DNA of 32,000 nucleotides from Caulobacter vibrioides NA1000. GTDB taxonomy: Bacteria; Pseudomonadota; Alphaproteobacteria; Caulobacterales; Caulobacteraceae. The stretch lies in assembly GCF_000022005.1 (NCBI RefSeq), contig NC_011916.1. One strand, given 5' to 3'. The notes under the pieces were generated by a model. The model had not been told where the DNA came from. It saw only the letters and a program-made list of their open reading frames with translations, and made no database searches. Positions 1 to 10,483 of this stretch are shown here, in pieces (position 1 is the stretch's first letter; every line of letters starts with the position of its first letter). The position numbers and the translations under genes were made by a program.

Positions 1-79
1 GGGCGACGTCCGCCGCGCCCAGCGCCTCAAGCGTGGCCGTCGCGTCCCAGATTCGTCGTTCGCCTGTCCGAAAAGACAT
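1..79 (-). CDS. 5' end of an unidentified CDS running off the left edge (MSFRTGERRIWDATATLEALGAADVA...)
   Basis: ATG at 77-79 (minus) with AGGA about 5 nt upstream. The frame is open to position 1. It lies 34 nt downstream of the GNAT stop on the same strand. Too short to assign a family. Confidence 0.3.
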   Translation of the reverse strand, partial: MSFRTGERRIWDATATLEALGAADVA

Positions 80-113
80 ACCCGTCCTAACCGTTTCGGC
101 GAAAGCCGTGGCG

Positions 114-692
114 CTACTCGGGCGCCACCAAGCCGAACAGACGATGATCTCGCCAAGCGCCGTTAATTTTCAAATAAGCGTGGGCATATCCCTCCTCGGA
201 AAACCCGCATTTCGCGAGTAACGCGGCCGAGGCGTGGTTTTCCGGCATGCATGCGGCCTCCAGGCGGTGGAGACCAAGCCCGTGAAAGGCGAAACGGATC
301 AAGGTTTCGACGGCGTCGGCCATATGCCCCTGGCGGACATAAGGCTCACCCAGCCAGTAGCCGATGGTTCCCGTCAGCGACACACCGCGCCGCACGTGAA
401 ACAGCCGGATCGCACCCAGCAGCGCGTCGTCCTCGCGCCGGAAGATGAAGAACGGATAGGCCTCGCCAAGCTCCAGTTCGCGGGCATAGGCGGCCAGCCG
501 CGCCCGGAACGCTGCGCGGCTGAGATCGTGCTCCGGCCAGGTCGGCTCCCAGGGTTCGAGAAAGGCGCGCGACCGGCTGCGGAGGGCCGCCCACGGCGCG
601 TAGTCCCGCTGCATCGGCGGCCTCAGATAGACCGCACGGCCCTGCAACCGCAGGCGGGGACGAGGACTCAGAAACGGCAGCAAAACGGACAC
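114..692 (-). CDS. GNAT family N-acetyltransferase (RimJ/RimL-like)
   Basis: 192-aa ORF with a GTG start. The GNAT core (GYWLGEPYVRQGHMADAV, LHRLEAACMPENHASAALLAKCGF) is typical of ribosomal-protein acetyltransferase-like GNATs. It starts 17 nt after the M16 peptidase stop on the same strand. Confidence 0.85.
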   Translation of the reverse strand: MSVLLPFLSPRPRLRLQGRAVYLRPPMQRDYAPWAALRSRSRAFLEPWEPTWPEHDLSRAAFRARLAAYARELELGEAYPFFIFRREDDALLGAIRLFHVRRGVSLTGTIGYWLGEPYVRQGHMADAVETLIRFAFHGLGLHRLEAACMPENHASAALLAKCGFSEEGYAHAYLKINGAWRDHRLFGLVAPE

Positions 693-709
693 GCAGCCAT
701 CTTCGACCG

Positions 710-1981
710 TCAGGCCGCCGAGAACAACGCCTTGTCGAAGACTTCGCCGGCCTTGAGCGCCGACTTCGCGCCCAGCACGGCCGTCGCGGCGCGGCCGGCC
801 GCCAATAGGCGCTGACCCAGACGGGCGACGTCCTGTGGCGTCACGGCGTCGACTTCCCGCGCCAGTTCGGCGGGCGGATAGAGACGGTCAAACAGCAGCA
901 CCTGCCCAGCCCCCTGCTCAGCACGCGACAGCGGCTGCTCGCGGGCCATGAACATGTGCGCCTTCAGCTGCGCCTTGGCGCGGGCCAATTCCGCCTCTTC
1001 GATCCGGTCGGCCAGCTTGATCAGTTCGTCGGCGCAGACCTTGGCGGTCTCGACCGCGTCGCTCGCCGCGCAGCCCGCATAGATCCCCAGCGCGCCGTGG
1101 TCGGCATAGGTGTCGGCATAGGCGTCGATGTTGTAGGCCAGACCGCGTTTCTCGCGGGCCTCCTGGAAGAGGCGCGAGGACATGCCGCCGCCCAGGCATT
1201 CGGCGAAGATCCGCAGGGCGAAATAGTCGTCCTCCCGCGCGCCGCAGGCGGGCAGCATGAAGACCAGATGCGCCTGTTCGAGCTTGCGCGCCTCGGCCTG
1301 CGGGCCGCCGACAAAGGCGGCGGACTGCGCAAGCCCGACGCCCGGCGTCGCCGGCAGATCGCCGAACGCCCGCTCGGCGGCGGCCATCAGCTCGGCCTCC
1401 TCGACCGCGCCGGTGGCGGCGATCACCAGGCGATCGGCCGCGTAGAGATCGCCGCGCCAGTCCGACAGCGCCTCGACGCTGGCGGCGTTGACGGTCTCGT
1501 CGCTTCCGAGGATCGGGCGGCCGACGGGATGGTCGCCCCAGCTGGCCCGCTGGATCAGGTCGAAAACATAGTCGTCGGGCGCGTCGGCGGCCTCGGCGAT
1601 CTCCTGGGCGACGACCTGCTTCTCGCGGGTCAGATCGGCGGGATCCAGCGTCGGGCGCCGCACCAGGTCGGCGATGACGTCCATGCCAAGGTCCAGGCCG
1701 CCCTTCAGCGCCCGGACCTGGAAGCTGGTGCGCTCATAGCCCGTGGCGGCGTTGATCGACCCGCCCTGGTTCTCGATCACCTCGACGATGTCACGGGCCG
1801 AACGTGAGCCGGCGCCCTTGAACACCATGTGTTCCAGAAGGTGCGACCAGCCCGAGCGCGCCGGGTCCTCATAGGCCGCGCCCCGGCCCGCCACGACGGA
1901 CAGGGCCAGGGTTTCGAGGCCGGGCATCGGGTCGCAGACGACGCGGACGCCGTTCTTCAGGGTGCGCAAGGAAGCGGTCAT
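710..1981 (-). CDS. M16 (pitrilysin) family zinc peptidase
   Basis: 423-aa ORF with the inverted zinc motif HxxEH (HLLEHMVFKG) near the N-terminus. Two-domain length is typical of bacterial M16 processing-protease homologs. Confidence 0.9.
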   Translation of the reverse strand: MTASLRTLKNGVRVVCDPMPGLETLALSVVAGRGAAYEDPARSGWSHLLEHMVFKGAGSRSARDIVEVIENQGGSINAATGYERTSFQVRALKGGLDLGMDVIADLVRRPTLDPADLTREKQVVAQEIAEAADAPDDYVFDLIQRASWGDHPVGRPILGSDETVNAASVEALSDWRGDLYAADRLVIAATGAVEEAELMAAAERAFGDLPATPGVGLAQSAAFVGGPQAEARKLEQAHLVFMLPACGAREDDYFALRIFAECLGGGMSSRLFQEAREKRGLAYNIDAYADTYADHGALGIYAGCAASDAVETAKVCADELIKLADRIEEAELARAKAQLKAHMFMAREQPLSRAEQGAGQVLLFDRLYPPAELAREVDAVTPQDVARLGQRLLAAGRAATAVLGAKSALKAGEVFDKALFSAA

Positions 1982-2027
1982 GAGGCGCGCTATCTAAGTG
2001 TTCGCGCCCCTAAACGCCAGCTTTAGC

Positions 2028-3425
2028 TCAACTATTCGCCGCGAAGGTCCGCACAAAGGCCTTCACCGACGATCCATCCGCGGGCAGACGCTCGAACTTT
2101 TCCGGCTTCTTGGAGAGGTCGGGCGTAGCGCGCGGGGTCGAGGGCAGCAGGCCCGTGGCGGCCTGAACCGCCTCTGGGAACTTGGCCGGATGGGCGGTCG
2201 ACAGCACCACGACCGGGATGGCCGGATCGATCCGGACGCCCTGGGCGGCGGCCAGGCCGACAGCCGTGTGCGGATCGACGACCTCGCCGGTCTCGTTCAG
2301 CGTCGAGAGCATGGTCTTGGCGGTGTCGGCCTCGCTGACTGACGCGCCGCGGAACAGCTCGCGCATCCAGGCATGGGCGGCGGGCGGGATGTCCAGCAGG
2401 CCGGTGTCGGCGAACGCGCGGAAGGCGCGGCCGGTCTCGACCCCGTCGCGACGCACGGCCTCGAAATAGAGACGCTCGAAGTTCGACGCGACCTGGATGT
2501 CCATGGCCGGGCTCTGGGTGGCGGCCACCGCGCCGCGCGAATAGCGGCCGTCCTCGAAGGCGCGGGCCAGGATGTCGTTGCTGTTGGTGGCGGCGGTCAC
2601 CGAATGGATCGGCAGGCCCAGCGTCTTGGCCACGAAGGCGGCGTAGGCGTCGCCGAAATTGCCGGTCGGCACCACGAAGGCCACTTCGCGCGCCGGGGCG
2701 CCCAGGGCCACGGCGGCGGTGAAGTAATAGACGCTCTGGGCCGCGATCCGCGCCCAGTTGATCGAGTTGACGCCCGACAGGTCCACCGCGTGGCGGAACT
2801 GGTCGTCCTGGAAGGCCTGCTTGACGATGGCCTGGCAGTCGTCGAACGAACCCAGCACCGAGACGCAGGCGACATTGGCGTCGGTCGCGGTGGTCATGAA
2901 CCGGCGCTGCACCTCGCTGATGCGGCCCTCGGGGAAGAGCGCGACGATGCGGGCGTTCTTGCGGCCCCGGAACGCTTCGACGGCCGCGCCGCCGGTATCG
3001 CCCGAAGTGGCGCAGATGATGGTCATCTTCCGCGACTGGCGCTCGAGCACGTAGTCGTAGAGGCGGCCCAAGAGCTGCATCGCAACATCTTTGAACGCCA
3101 GGGTCGGTCCGTGGAACAGTTCCAGCAGATAGCGGTTGGCAGTCAGTTGCTTTACCGGCGTCACAGCGGTGTGGGCGAAGGTGGCGTAGGCCTCCTCGCA
3201 CATCTGGAGCAAGTCGTCGGCGGGAATGTCGTCGCCCACGAACTTGCCGACCACGGCGGCGGCGACCTCGGCATAGGGCTTGCCGGCGAAGGCGGCGATC
3301 TGCTTGGCCGTGAAGCTGGGCCATTCGGCGGGCACGTACAGGCCACCGTCGGGGGCCAGGCCGGCCAGGACGGCGTCGAGGAAGCCGATGGGGGCGGACT
3401 GGCCGCGGGTCGAAACGTAACGCAT
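2028..3425 (-). CDS. thrC: threonine synthase
   Basis: Track ORF 2028-3794 is over-extended. The conserved ThrC sequence starts MRYVSTRGQS at ATG 3423-3425 (465 aa). PLP-lysine context is FHGPTLAFKDVA. The upstream 123 codons are Arg/Pro-rich and overlap the SURF1 gene. Confidence 0.93.
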   Translation of the reverse strand: MRYVSTRGQSAPIGFLDAVLAGLAPDGGLYVPAEWPSFTAKQIAAFAGKPYAEVAAAVVGKFVGDDIPADDLLQMCEEAYATFAHTAVTPVKQLTANRYLLELFHGPTLAFKDVAMQLLGRLYDYVLERQSRKMTIICATSGDTGGAAVEAFRGRKNARIVALFPEGRISEVQRRFMTTATDANVACVSVLGSFDDCQAIVKQAFQDDQFRHAVDLSGVNSINWARIAAQSVYYFTAAVALGAPAREVAFVVPTGNFGDAYAAFVAKTLGLPIHSVTAATNSNDILARAFEDGRYSRGAVAATQSPAMDIQVASNFERLYFEAVRRDGVETGRAFRAFADTGLLDIPPAAHAWMRELFRGASVSEADTAKTMLSTLNETGEVVDPHTAVGLAAAQGVRIDPAIPVVVLSTAHPAKFPEAVQAATGLLPSTPRATPDLSKKPEKFERLPADGSSVKAFVRTFAANS

Positions 3426-4111
3426 CAGGGTCTCAGTCTCCGCCAGAGCATGGCGGCATAGATAAACAGCAGGGTTACGGCAAGACCAAACCACGTAAGG
3501 GCGTATTCCAGATGCCGATTGGAAATTTCTGCCGGTAGCGGCGTGGGCGTCAGGCCTTCGAGCGCGGGCGTTTCCTGTTCGACCATCAGCACCAGCGGGG
3601 CGGGCTTGCGATCGGCGAAGCGCTCCAGGACCTTGGCGCGGTCGCCGCCCAGCTGCTCGATCGGGCTGAGCACGCCGACAACACGCCGAGGAGCCGCAAA
3701 GGCGCGCGGCGCCGGTGCGACCTGGCCGGTCAGGCCGGGCACGACGCCGCGATCGACCAGGATCATGTTGTAGGGACCGGCCAGCACCGCGCACGGCGAC
3801 TGGGCGCGCCAGACGACGTCGCCGTCACGGACGCCATAGACCAGCGGCAAGGGCTCCCCGCCCACATCGCCGCAGTCGACGCTGACCCGGGTCCAGGCCA
3901 GATCCTCTGGCCGCGCCTCGGCGGTCAGCACCTGGACCAGCGGCAGGGCCGGCGCGGTCTTCAGCGCCTCGAGCCGGGCCAGTACGCCCTCCTTCCAGTG
4001 AAGGCGCTGCAGCTGCCAGCTCCCCAGGCCGCACAGGATGGCGAAGGCGATGGCGGTGGCGATCGTCAGGCCGAAGGGAAAGCGTGTCTTGCCGGTCGAA
4101 ATCTCAGACAT
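3425..4111 (-). CDS. SURF1 family cytochrome oxidase biogenesis protein
   Basis: 228 aa with an N-terminal TM followed by WQLQRLHWKE and a C-terminal TM (YALTWFGLAV), the SURF1/Shy1 architecture. Its TGA stop shares one nucleotide with the thrC ATG (TGATG). Confidence 0.88.
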   Translation of the reverse strand: MSEISTGKTRFPFGLTIATAIAFAILCGLGSWQLQRLHWKEGVLARLEALKTAPALPLVQVLTAEARPEDLAWTRVSVDCGDVGGEPLPLVYGVRDGDVVWRAQSPCAVLAGPYNMILVDRGVVPGLTGQVAPAPRAFAAPRRVVGVLSPIEQLGGDRAKVLERFADRKPAPLVLMVEQETPALEGLTPTPLPAEISNRHLEYALTWFGLAVTLLFIYAAMLWRRLRP

Positions 4112-4466
4112 GGTCGCGTCCCGCTTCCGAGGCCTTCTGCGCGATTTGGGCGGCGACCATCAGGCCCTTGGCCGGACGCATCAGGCCAAGGCTGATCGCC
4201 ACCACGGCCGGCAGCCAGACCACGAGCGACACCCAGACCGGCCAGTTCCAGGCAAACATCGAGAACAGCGCCCCAAAGGCGCAGATCGCGCCGGCGATCA
4301 GGATGACGAAGGTCGCCGCGCCGTCGCCGGTCTCATGCTTGCCAAGCTCAAAGCCGCAAGCCTCGCAGCGGGGCGCCACCTTGAGAAAGCCGTCGAACAG
4401 ATAGCCCTCGCCGCAGTGGGGGCACAGACCGCGCGCGCCGGCGGCGTAGGGGTTCACTTTTGTCAT
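4104..4466 (-). CDS. DUF983 domain-containing membrane protein
   Basis: 120 aa with a zinc-ribbon pair (CPHCGEG ... CEACG) followed by two TM helices. AAGG sits about 7 nt upstream of the ATG. It overlaps the SURF1 start by 8 nt. Confidence 0.8.
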   Translation of the reverse strand: MTKVNPYAAGARGLCPHCGEGYLFDGFLKVAPRCEACGFELGKHETGDGAATFVILIAGAICAFGALFSMFAWNWPVWVSLVVWLPAVVAISLGLMRPAKGLMVAAQIAQKASEAGRDHV

Positions 4467-4488
4467 TCGAACCTTGGCCCGAAATCCA

Positions 4489-4570
4489 CGCCCTTCGACA
4501 AGCTCAGGGTGAGGATTTCTATGTCGTCGACAGTGGCCCTCATCCTGAGCCTGTCGAAGGACGAGGGCGG
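4489..4570. repeat. Palindromic intergenic repeat, family A, copy 1
   Basis: Left arm is CGCCCTTCGACAAGCTCAGGGTGAGG (4489-4514). Right arm is CCTCATCCTGAGCCTGTCGAAGGACG (4538-4563), with a 23-nt spacer. The same arms recur at 12226-12306 and 20165-20241. Confidence 0.75.
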
Positions 4571-4587
4571 CGCACCGCCCTCAAACG

Positions 4588-4622
4588 AAAAAGGCCCGGA
4601 ACGCTGTCTGGCGTTCCGGGCC
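4588..4622 (-). terminator. Rho-independent terminator downstream of ctaE
   Basis: Read on the minus strand: GGCCCGGAACGC-cagaca-GCGTTCCGGGCC, a perfect 12-bp stem followed by TTTTTCGTTT. It lies 17 nt after the ctaE stop. Confidence 0.7.
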
Positions 4623-4639
4623 CCCGTGGATCTTCTGAT

Positions 4640-5512
4640 CTAGTGGGCCGAGGCCCCGAAGATCACGTAGATGAACGCGAACAGGAACAGCCAGACCACG
4701 TCAACGAAGTGCCAGTACCAGGCGGCCGCTTCGAAGCCGAAGTGCTTCTGGGGCGTGAAGGCGCCGGTCATCAGGCGGATCAGGCAGACGATCAGGAACA
4801 GCGTGCCCACGAAGACGTGGAAGCCGTGGAAGCCCGTGGCCAGGAAGAAGGTCGAACCATAGAGGCCCGAATTGGCGGCGGCTTCCGAGTAGAACAGCTG
4901 CTCGTGGTTGATGTGCGCGTACTCGTACACCTGGATGGCGGTGAACAGGCAGCCCAGCACGATGGTCAGGATCAGACCCCACTTGGCGCCCTTGCGGTCG
5001 CCGACCTGCAGCGCGTGGTGCGCCCAGGTGACCGTGGTGCCCGAGAGCAGCAGGGTCAGGGTGTTGATCAGCGGCAGGTGCCAGGCCGAGACCGTCTCGA
5101 CACCGGCCGGCGGCCAGGCGGCCCAGGCGGTGCGAACTTCTTCGATCGTCGAGAGGGTGCGGTGCTCGTGGAACAGCGCCATCTCGAAGAACATCCAGAA
5201 CCACGCCACGAAGAACATGACTTCCGAGGCGATGAACAGGATCATGCCGTAGCGCAGGCCGATCGAGACGACCGGGGTGTGATCGCCCGCCTTCGATTCC
5301 TTGGCGACATCGGCCCACCAGCCGAACATCGTGTAGAGGATGCCGGCCATGCCCGCGGCGAAAATGGCCCAGTTGCCCTTTTCGATGCCGAGCACGCCGC
5401 CCTTGAGCCAACCGATCAGGCCGATGGCCATGACGGTGGCGGCGGCCGAGCCCACGAAGGGCCACGGGCTGGGCGGAAGGATGTGGTAGTCGTGTTTGAC
5501 GGCGCCGGCCAT
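4640..5512 (-). CDS. ctaE: cytochrome c oxidase subunit III (aa3-type)
   Basis: 290-aa polytopic protein with strongly conserved subunit III blocks (GFHGFHVFVGTLFL, AAWYWHFVDVVWLFLF). Confidence 0.95.
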   Translation of the reverse strand: MAGAVKHDYHILPPSPWPFVGSAAATVMAIGLIGWLKGGVLGIEKGNWAIFAAGMAGILYTMFGWWADVAKESKAGDHTPVVSIGLRYGMILFIASEVMFFVAWFWMFFEMALFHEHRTLSTIEEVRTAWAAWPPAGVETVSAWHLPLINTLTLLLSGTTVTWAHHALQVGDRKGAKWGLILTIVLGCLFTAIQVYEYAHINHEQLFYSEAAANSGLYGSTFFLATGFHGFHVFVGTLFLIVCLIRLMTGAFTPQKHFGFEAAAWYWHFVDVVWLFLFAFIYVIFGASAH

Positions 5513-5581
5513 GTTGCTGCTAACCCTTATATCCCTCTAGACGCACGGCCGGTCCCCCCGCCTATGCGTGTATGCCGAATG

Positions 5582-6232
5582 CTATAGACCTCTCGACGGT
5601 GCGCCGCCAAGGGGGTCCACGATGCGGGGCGTTGTCGCGGCCGCGACTTGCCCCGGCTTGTCGTCGTCGACCGCCGGGAAGAAGGTGTAGCTGAGAGTGA
5701 TCTCAGGCTTTCCCTTCGTTTCAGGGTCGTCCGCATATTGGGGATCTACGAAGTAGACCACCGGGAACTCTACGGTCTGGCCAGGCTGGATCGTCTGGCT
5801 GGTGAAACAGAAGCACTCCAGCTTCTGGAAGTACGGCCCCGCCTGTTCCGGCACGACGTTATAGAGCGCGCGTCCCGTGATCGGCTTGTCCGTAGGGTTG
5901 GTGACCTTGAAGAAGGTCAGACCCGTATCGCCGATGCGGATATCCTGCTTGGGCTGCAGCGCCTGGAAGCGCCAGGGCAGCTCACGGATATTGGCGTCGA
6001 ATCGTACGGTGATCTTGCGATCCAGCACACGGGTCGGGGCCACCTCGGCACGGCGGACCGTGCCGTCGAAGCCGGTCACCTGGCAGAACAGCTTGTAGAG
6101 CGGCACCGACGCATAGGCCGCGCCGATCATGCCGCAGAAGGTCGCCACGCAGATGACCGCAACCTTCTTGTTGCGACGCGCCATCTGCTGCTGCGGGGTG
6201 AGATCGTCGTTAGATGTGGGGTTTTGCGACAT
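5582..6232 (-). CDS. ctaG: cytochrome c oxidase assembly protein CtaG/Cox11
   Basis: 216 aa with an N-terminal TM, the YASVPLYKLFCQVTGFDGT block and the Cox11 copper-binding CFCF motif (KLECFCFTSQ). Confidence 0.93.
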   Translation of the reverse strand: MSQNPTSNDDLTPQQQMARRNKKVAVICVATFCGMIGAAYASVPLYKLFCQVTGFDGTVRRAEVAPTRVLDRKITVRFDANIRELPWRFQALQPKQDIRIGDTGLTFFKVTNPTDKPITGRALYNVVPEQAGPYFQKLECFCFTSQTIQPGQTVEFPVVYFVDPQYADDPETKGKPEITLSYTFFPAVDDDKPGQVAAATTPRIVDPLGGAPSRGL

Positions 6233-6371
6233 TTCCGCCGAGCCTCACGAGGGTGACCACGAACACGAGAACGACGAAGGCGACCAGGCCCAAGGCGAGG
6301 GCCAGGTTGCGTCCGTCACGGGCTTTCTTGGCGGCCTGTTGCGCCGCGTCGGTTTCGACCGGTTGATTCAC
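6210..6371 (-). CDS. small single-TM protein between ctaB and ctaG (CoxF-like), absent from the ORF track
   Basis: GTG at 6369-6371 overlaps the ctaB stop (AAGTGA), with GGAG 8 nt upstream. The 53 codons read (M)[55 protein letters not shown] at 6210-6212 overlaps the ctaG start by 23 nt. Third-position GC is high. It was missed because it is under 60 aa. Confidence 0.5.
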   Translation of the reverse strand: MNQPVETDAAQQAAKKARDGRNLALALGLVAFVVLVFVVTLVRLGGNVAKPHI

Positions 6372-7387
6372 TTCAGGAGCTCCAAGGGGCGAACGCCCGT
6401 GACCGCCTCGCCCAGCAGGGCGGCGAACAGGGCGAAGAGGTAGAGAATCGAGAAGGCGAACAGATTGCGGGCGGCCTTGGCCCCGGCGGCCTTCTCATCC
6501 TCGGTGACGTCATAGAGGGCGCGGTCGGCCACGCGCGGATCTGCGGCGTCGCCGGCCTTGCTGGCGAACACGCGCCAAGCCAGCAGCAGGAAAACGAGGC
6601 CGCCGAGACCGGACACCGCCAGATAGATCGGGCCGCCCAGGCCCGTCAGCACCGGCGACAGGCAGATCGGGAACAGGATCAGGCTGTAGAGCAGGATCTG
6701 CTTGCGCGTCTCCCGCGCGCCCTTGACCACGGGAAGCATCGGCACGCCGGCCTTGGCGTAGTCGGTGGTCACATACAGCGACAGCGCCCAGAAGTGCGGC
6801 GGGGTCCAGAAGAAGATGATCGCCACCATCAGCCAGGCGTTCAGGGGCGCCGAGCCCGTGGCGGCGGCCCAGCCGATGGCGGGCGGCAGCGCGCCCGCAA
6901 GGCCGCCGATGACGATGTTCTGCGCCGTCCAGCGCTTGAGCCACATCGTGTAGACGACCGCGTAGAAGACGATCGTGAAGGCCAGGAGGCCGGCGGCCAG
7001 CCAATTGACCGCAAAGCCCAGGAACATCACCGACAGCAGGGACAAAACCACGCCCAGCGAGGCGGCCTCCTCGCCCTTGATCTTGCCGGCCGGAACGGGG
7101 CGGCCGCGCGTGCGGCGCATCTTCTGGTCGATGTCGGCGTCGTACCACATGTTGAGCGCGCCCGAGGCGCCCGCGCCCACGGCGATGCAGAGCACGGCGA
7201 TGGCGGCCAGCACGGGATGGATCGGCGCGCGCGCGGCCAGGAGGCCCGTCAGACCGGTGAAGACCACCAGCGACATGACGCGCGGCTTCATCAGCTGAAA
7301 ATAGTCCTGCCAGCGGGCGGTTTCCGACGAATCCCGCAGCGGGGTCGTCTCGGCGCTGTCAGACGTCATGGCGGCTGTCTTTGACAT
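6368..7387 (-). CDS. ctaB: protoheme IX farnesyltransferase (heme O synthase)
   Basis: 339-aa UbiA-superfamily polytopic protein with the prenyltransferase motif [19 protein letters not shown]. It occupies the conserved position in the cox cluster. The exact start is uncertain. Confidence 0.93.
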   Translation of the reverse strand: MSKTAAMTSDSAETTPLRDSSETARWQDYFQLMKPRVMSLVVFTGLTGLLAARAPIHPVLAAIAVLCIAVGAGASGALNMWYDADIDQKMRRTRGRPVPAGKIKGEEAASLGVVLSLLSVMFLGFAVNWLAAGLLAFTIVFYAVVYTMWLKRWTAQNIVIGGLAGALPPAIGWAAATGSAPLNAWLMVAIIFFWTPPHFWALSLYVTTDYAKAGVPMLPVVKGARETRKQILLYSLILFPICLSPVLTGLGGPIYLAVSGLGGLVFLLLAWRVFASKAGDAADPRVADRALYDVTEDEKAAGAKAARNLFAFSILYLFALFAALLGEAVTGVRPLELLK

Positions 7388-7494
7388 CGATCCAAAACAT
7401 ACAGGTCTTGAACAGGAGAGGGGCGCGACCCGGACCCTTAAGGATCCCGCCCGCGCCCCCCCCTTTTAGGTCCGGTTACGGACGACGGTTCACC

Positions 7495-9165
<1,671 letters not shown>

Positions 9166-9179
9166 CTACGATCGTATTC

Positions 9180-10109
9180 TTAGGCCGCCGGCGCGGCAGG
9201 AGCCGCGGCCGGAACGGAAGCGGGGGCGGCCGGAGCCGAGGCGGGGGTCGCGCCCGAAGCCGCGGGGGCTTCAGCCGGAGCCGCCGCAGGCGCGGGCGGA
9301 GCGGTCTTGGCCTTAACCCAGGCGTCGAACTCGGCTTGGGTCACGACCTTGATCTCGATCGGCATGAAGGCGTGGTCGACGCCGCACAGCTCCGAGCACT
9401 GGCCGTAGAACACGCCGGTGCGATCGGCCTTGAACCAGGTTTCGTTCAGGCGGCCGGGAATCGCGTCGGTCTTCAGACCGAAGGCCGGCAGGGCGAAGGC
9501 GTGGATCACGTCGGCGGCGGTGACCTGGACGCGGACGACCTTGTTCACCGGAACGACCATCGCGTTGTCGGCGGCCAGCAGATACGGGACCTTCTTGGCC
9601 TCGGCCTGTTCCTTGGTCAGCGGCAGCGAGATGATTTCGCTGACCTTCTGGTCCGGGTACTCGTAGCCCCAGTACCACTGATAGCCCGTGGCCTTCACGG
9701 TCAGGTCCGGCTTGGGCATGTCGTTGTAGTGGAACAGCAGGCGGAACGAGAAGATGGCGATGACCATCAGGATCAGGACCGGCACGACCGTCCAGATCAC
9801 CTCGATCGTGGTGTTGTGGCTGAACTTGGCGGCGACCGGATTCGCCTTCTTGTTGTAGCGAACAACGATCCAGATCAGCAGGCCCAGCACCAGCAGGGTG
9901 ATGGCCGTGATGATCGGCATCAGGATCCAGTCATGGAACCAGATCGCGTGGTGCTTCAGCTCCGACGCGGCCGGCTGGAGGTCGATGGCCCCCGGCGTCG
10001 GCTGGCCCATCAGATCTTCCGCGAGCGCGTGTCCCGCGAACATCATCGTAGCGGCGAGGGCGGACGCGCCCGTCATGATCCGCCGAATCCCCGAAAATTG
10101 CGCCTTCAT
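9180..10109 (-). CDS. ctaC: cytochrome c oxidase subunit II
   Basis: CuA centre motif (DVIHAFALP ... CSELCGVDHAFMP). The track ORF starts at a GTG (10175). ATG at 10107-10109 (MKAQFSGIRRIMTGASALAATMMFAGHALA, signal-like) is the more plausible start. There is an unusual Ala/Pro-rich C-terminal tail of about 45 aa and no fused cytochrome c domain. Confidence 0.93.
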   Translation of the reverse strand: MKAQFSGIRRIMTGASALAATMMFAGHALAEDLMGQPTPGAIDLQPAASELKHHAIWFHDWILMPIITAITLLVLGLLIWIVVRYNKKANPVAAKFSHNTTIEVIWTVVPVLILMVIAIFSFRLLFHYNDMPKPDLTVKATGYQWYWGYEYPDQKVSEIISLPLTKEQAEAKKVPYLLAADNAMVVPVNKVVRVQVTAADVIHAFALPAFGLKTDAIPGRLNETWFKADRTGVFYGQCSELCGVDHAFMPIEIKVVTQAEFDAWVKAKTAPPAPAAAPAEAPAASGATPASAPAAPASVPAAAPAAPAA

Positions 10110-10483
10110 ATCCCTCACGGCCCGTTTCGGCGGCGATTTGAGCCCGATCAAGGCCCGCGCCGCGCCGACATGCACATTACGACTGTCGATAAGGTCCTGC
10201 GCAATCGACTTTGCTCAAAATGAGTCGCGTGTCGACGCCCAGCCCGCCCGATTGTCGGTCCGGAGGCTGCATACGCGCATCGCTAGCCCTTGCCAAGCGC
10301 CAGAGCCCACGCGCTGAGCATGGGAACAGCCCGTAACCCCCGCCCCGAGGGGGTTCAGTCGCGAATGCCTCTCAGAAACCCCCGAATTCGGCGTCCGGAT
10401 CATTACGTATCATTCATGAGTAGGTACCTTGCACCACTCAGTACCGGGCGGTACAAGGGAGCATCAACGGAGGCAAGGACGCC

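Noticed and set aside
33-221. 62-aa plus-strand ORF at the left edge
   Set aside because: It overlaps the 3' end of the GNAT gene and the start of the next minus-strand gene. It has no ribosome-binding site and no recognisable family.
3426-3794. N-terminal extension making thrC 588 aa
   Set aside because: Conserved ThrC begins at MRYVSTRG. The extension is junk and overlaps SURF1, which is in a different frame.
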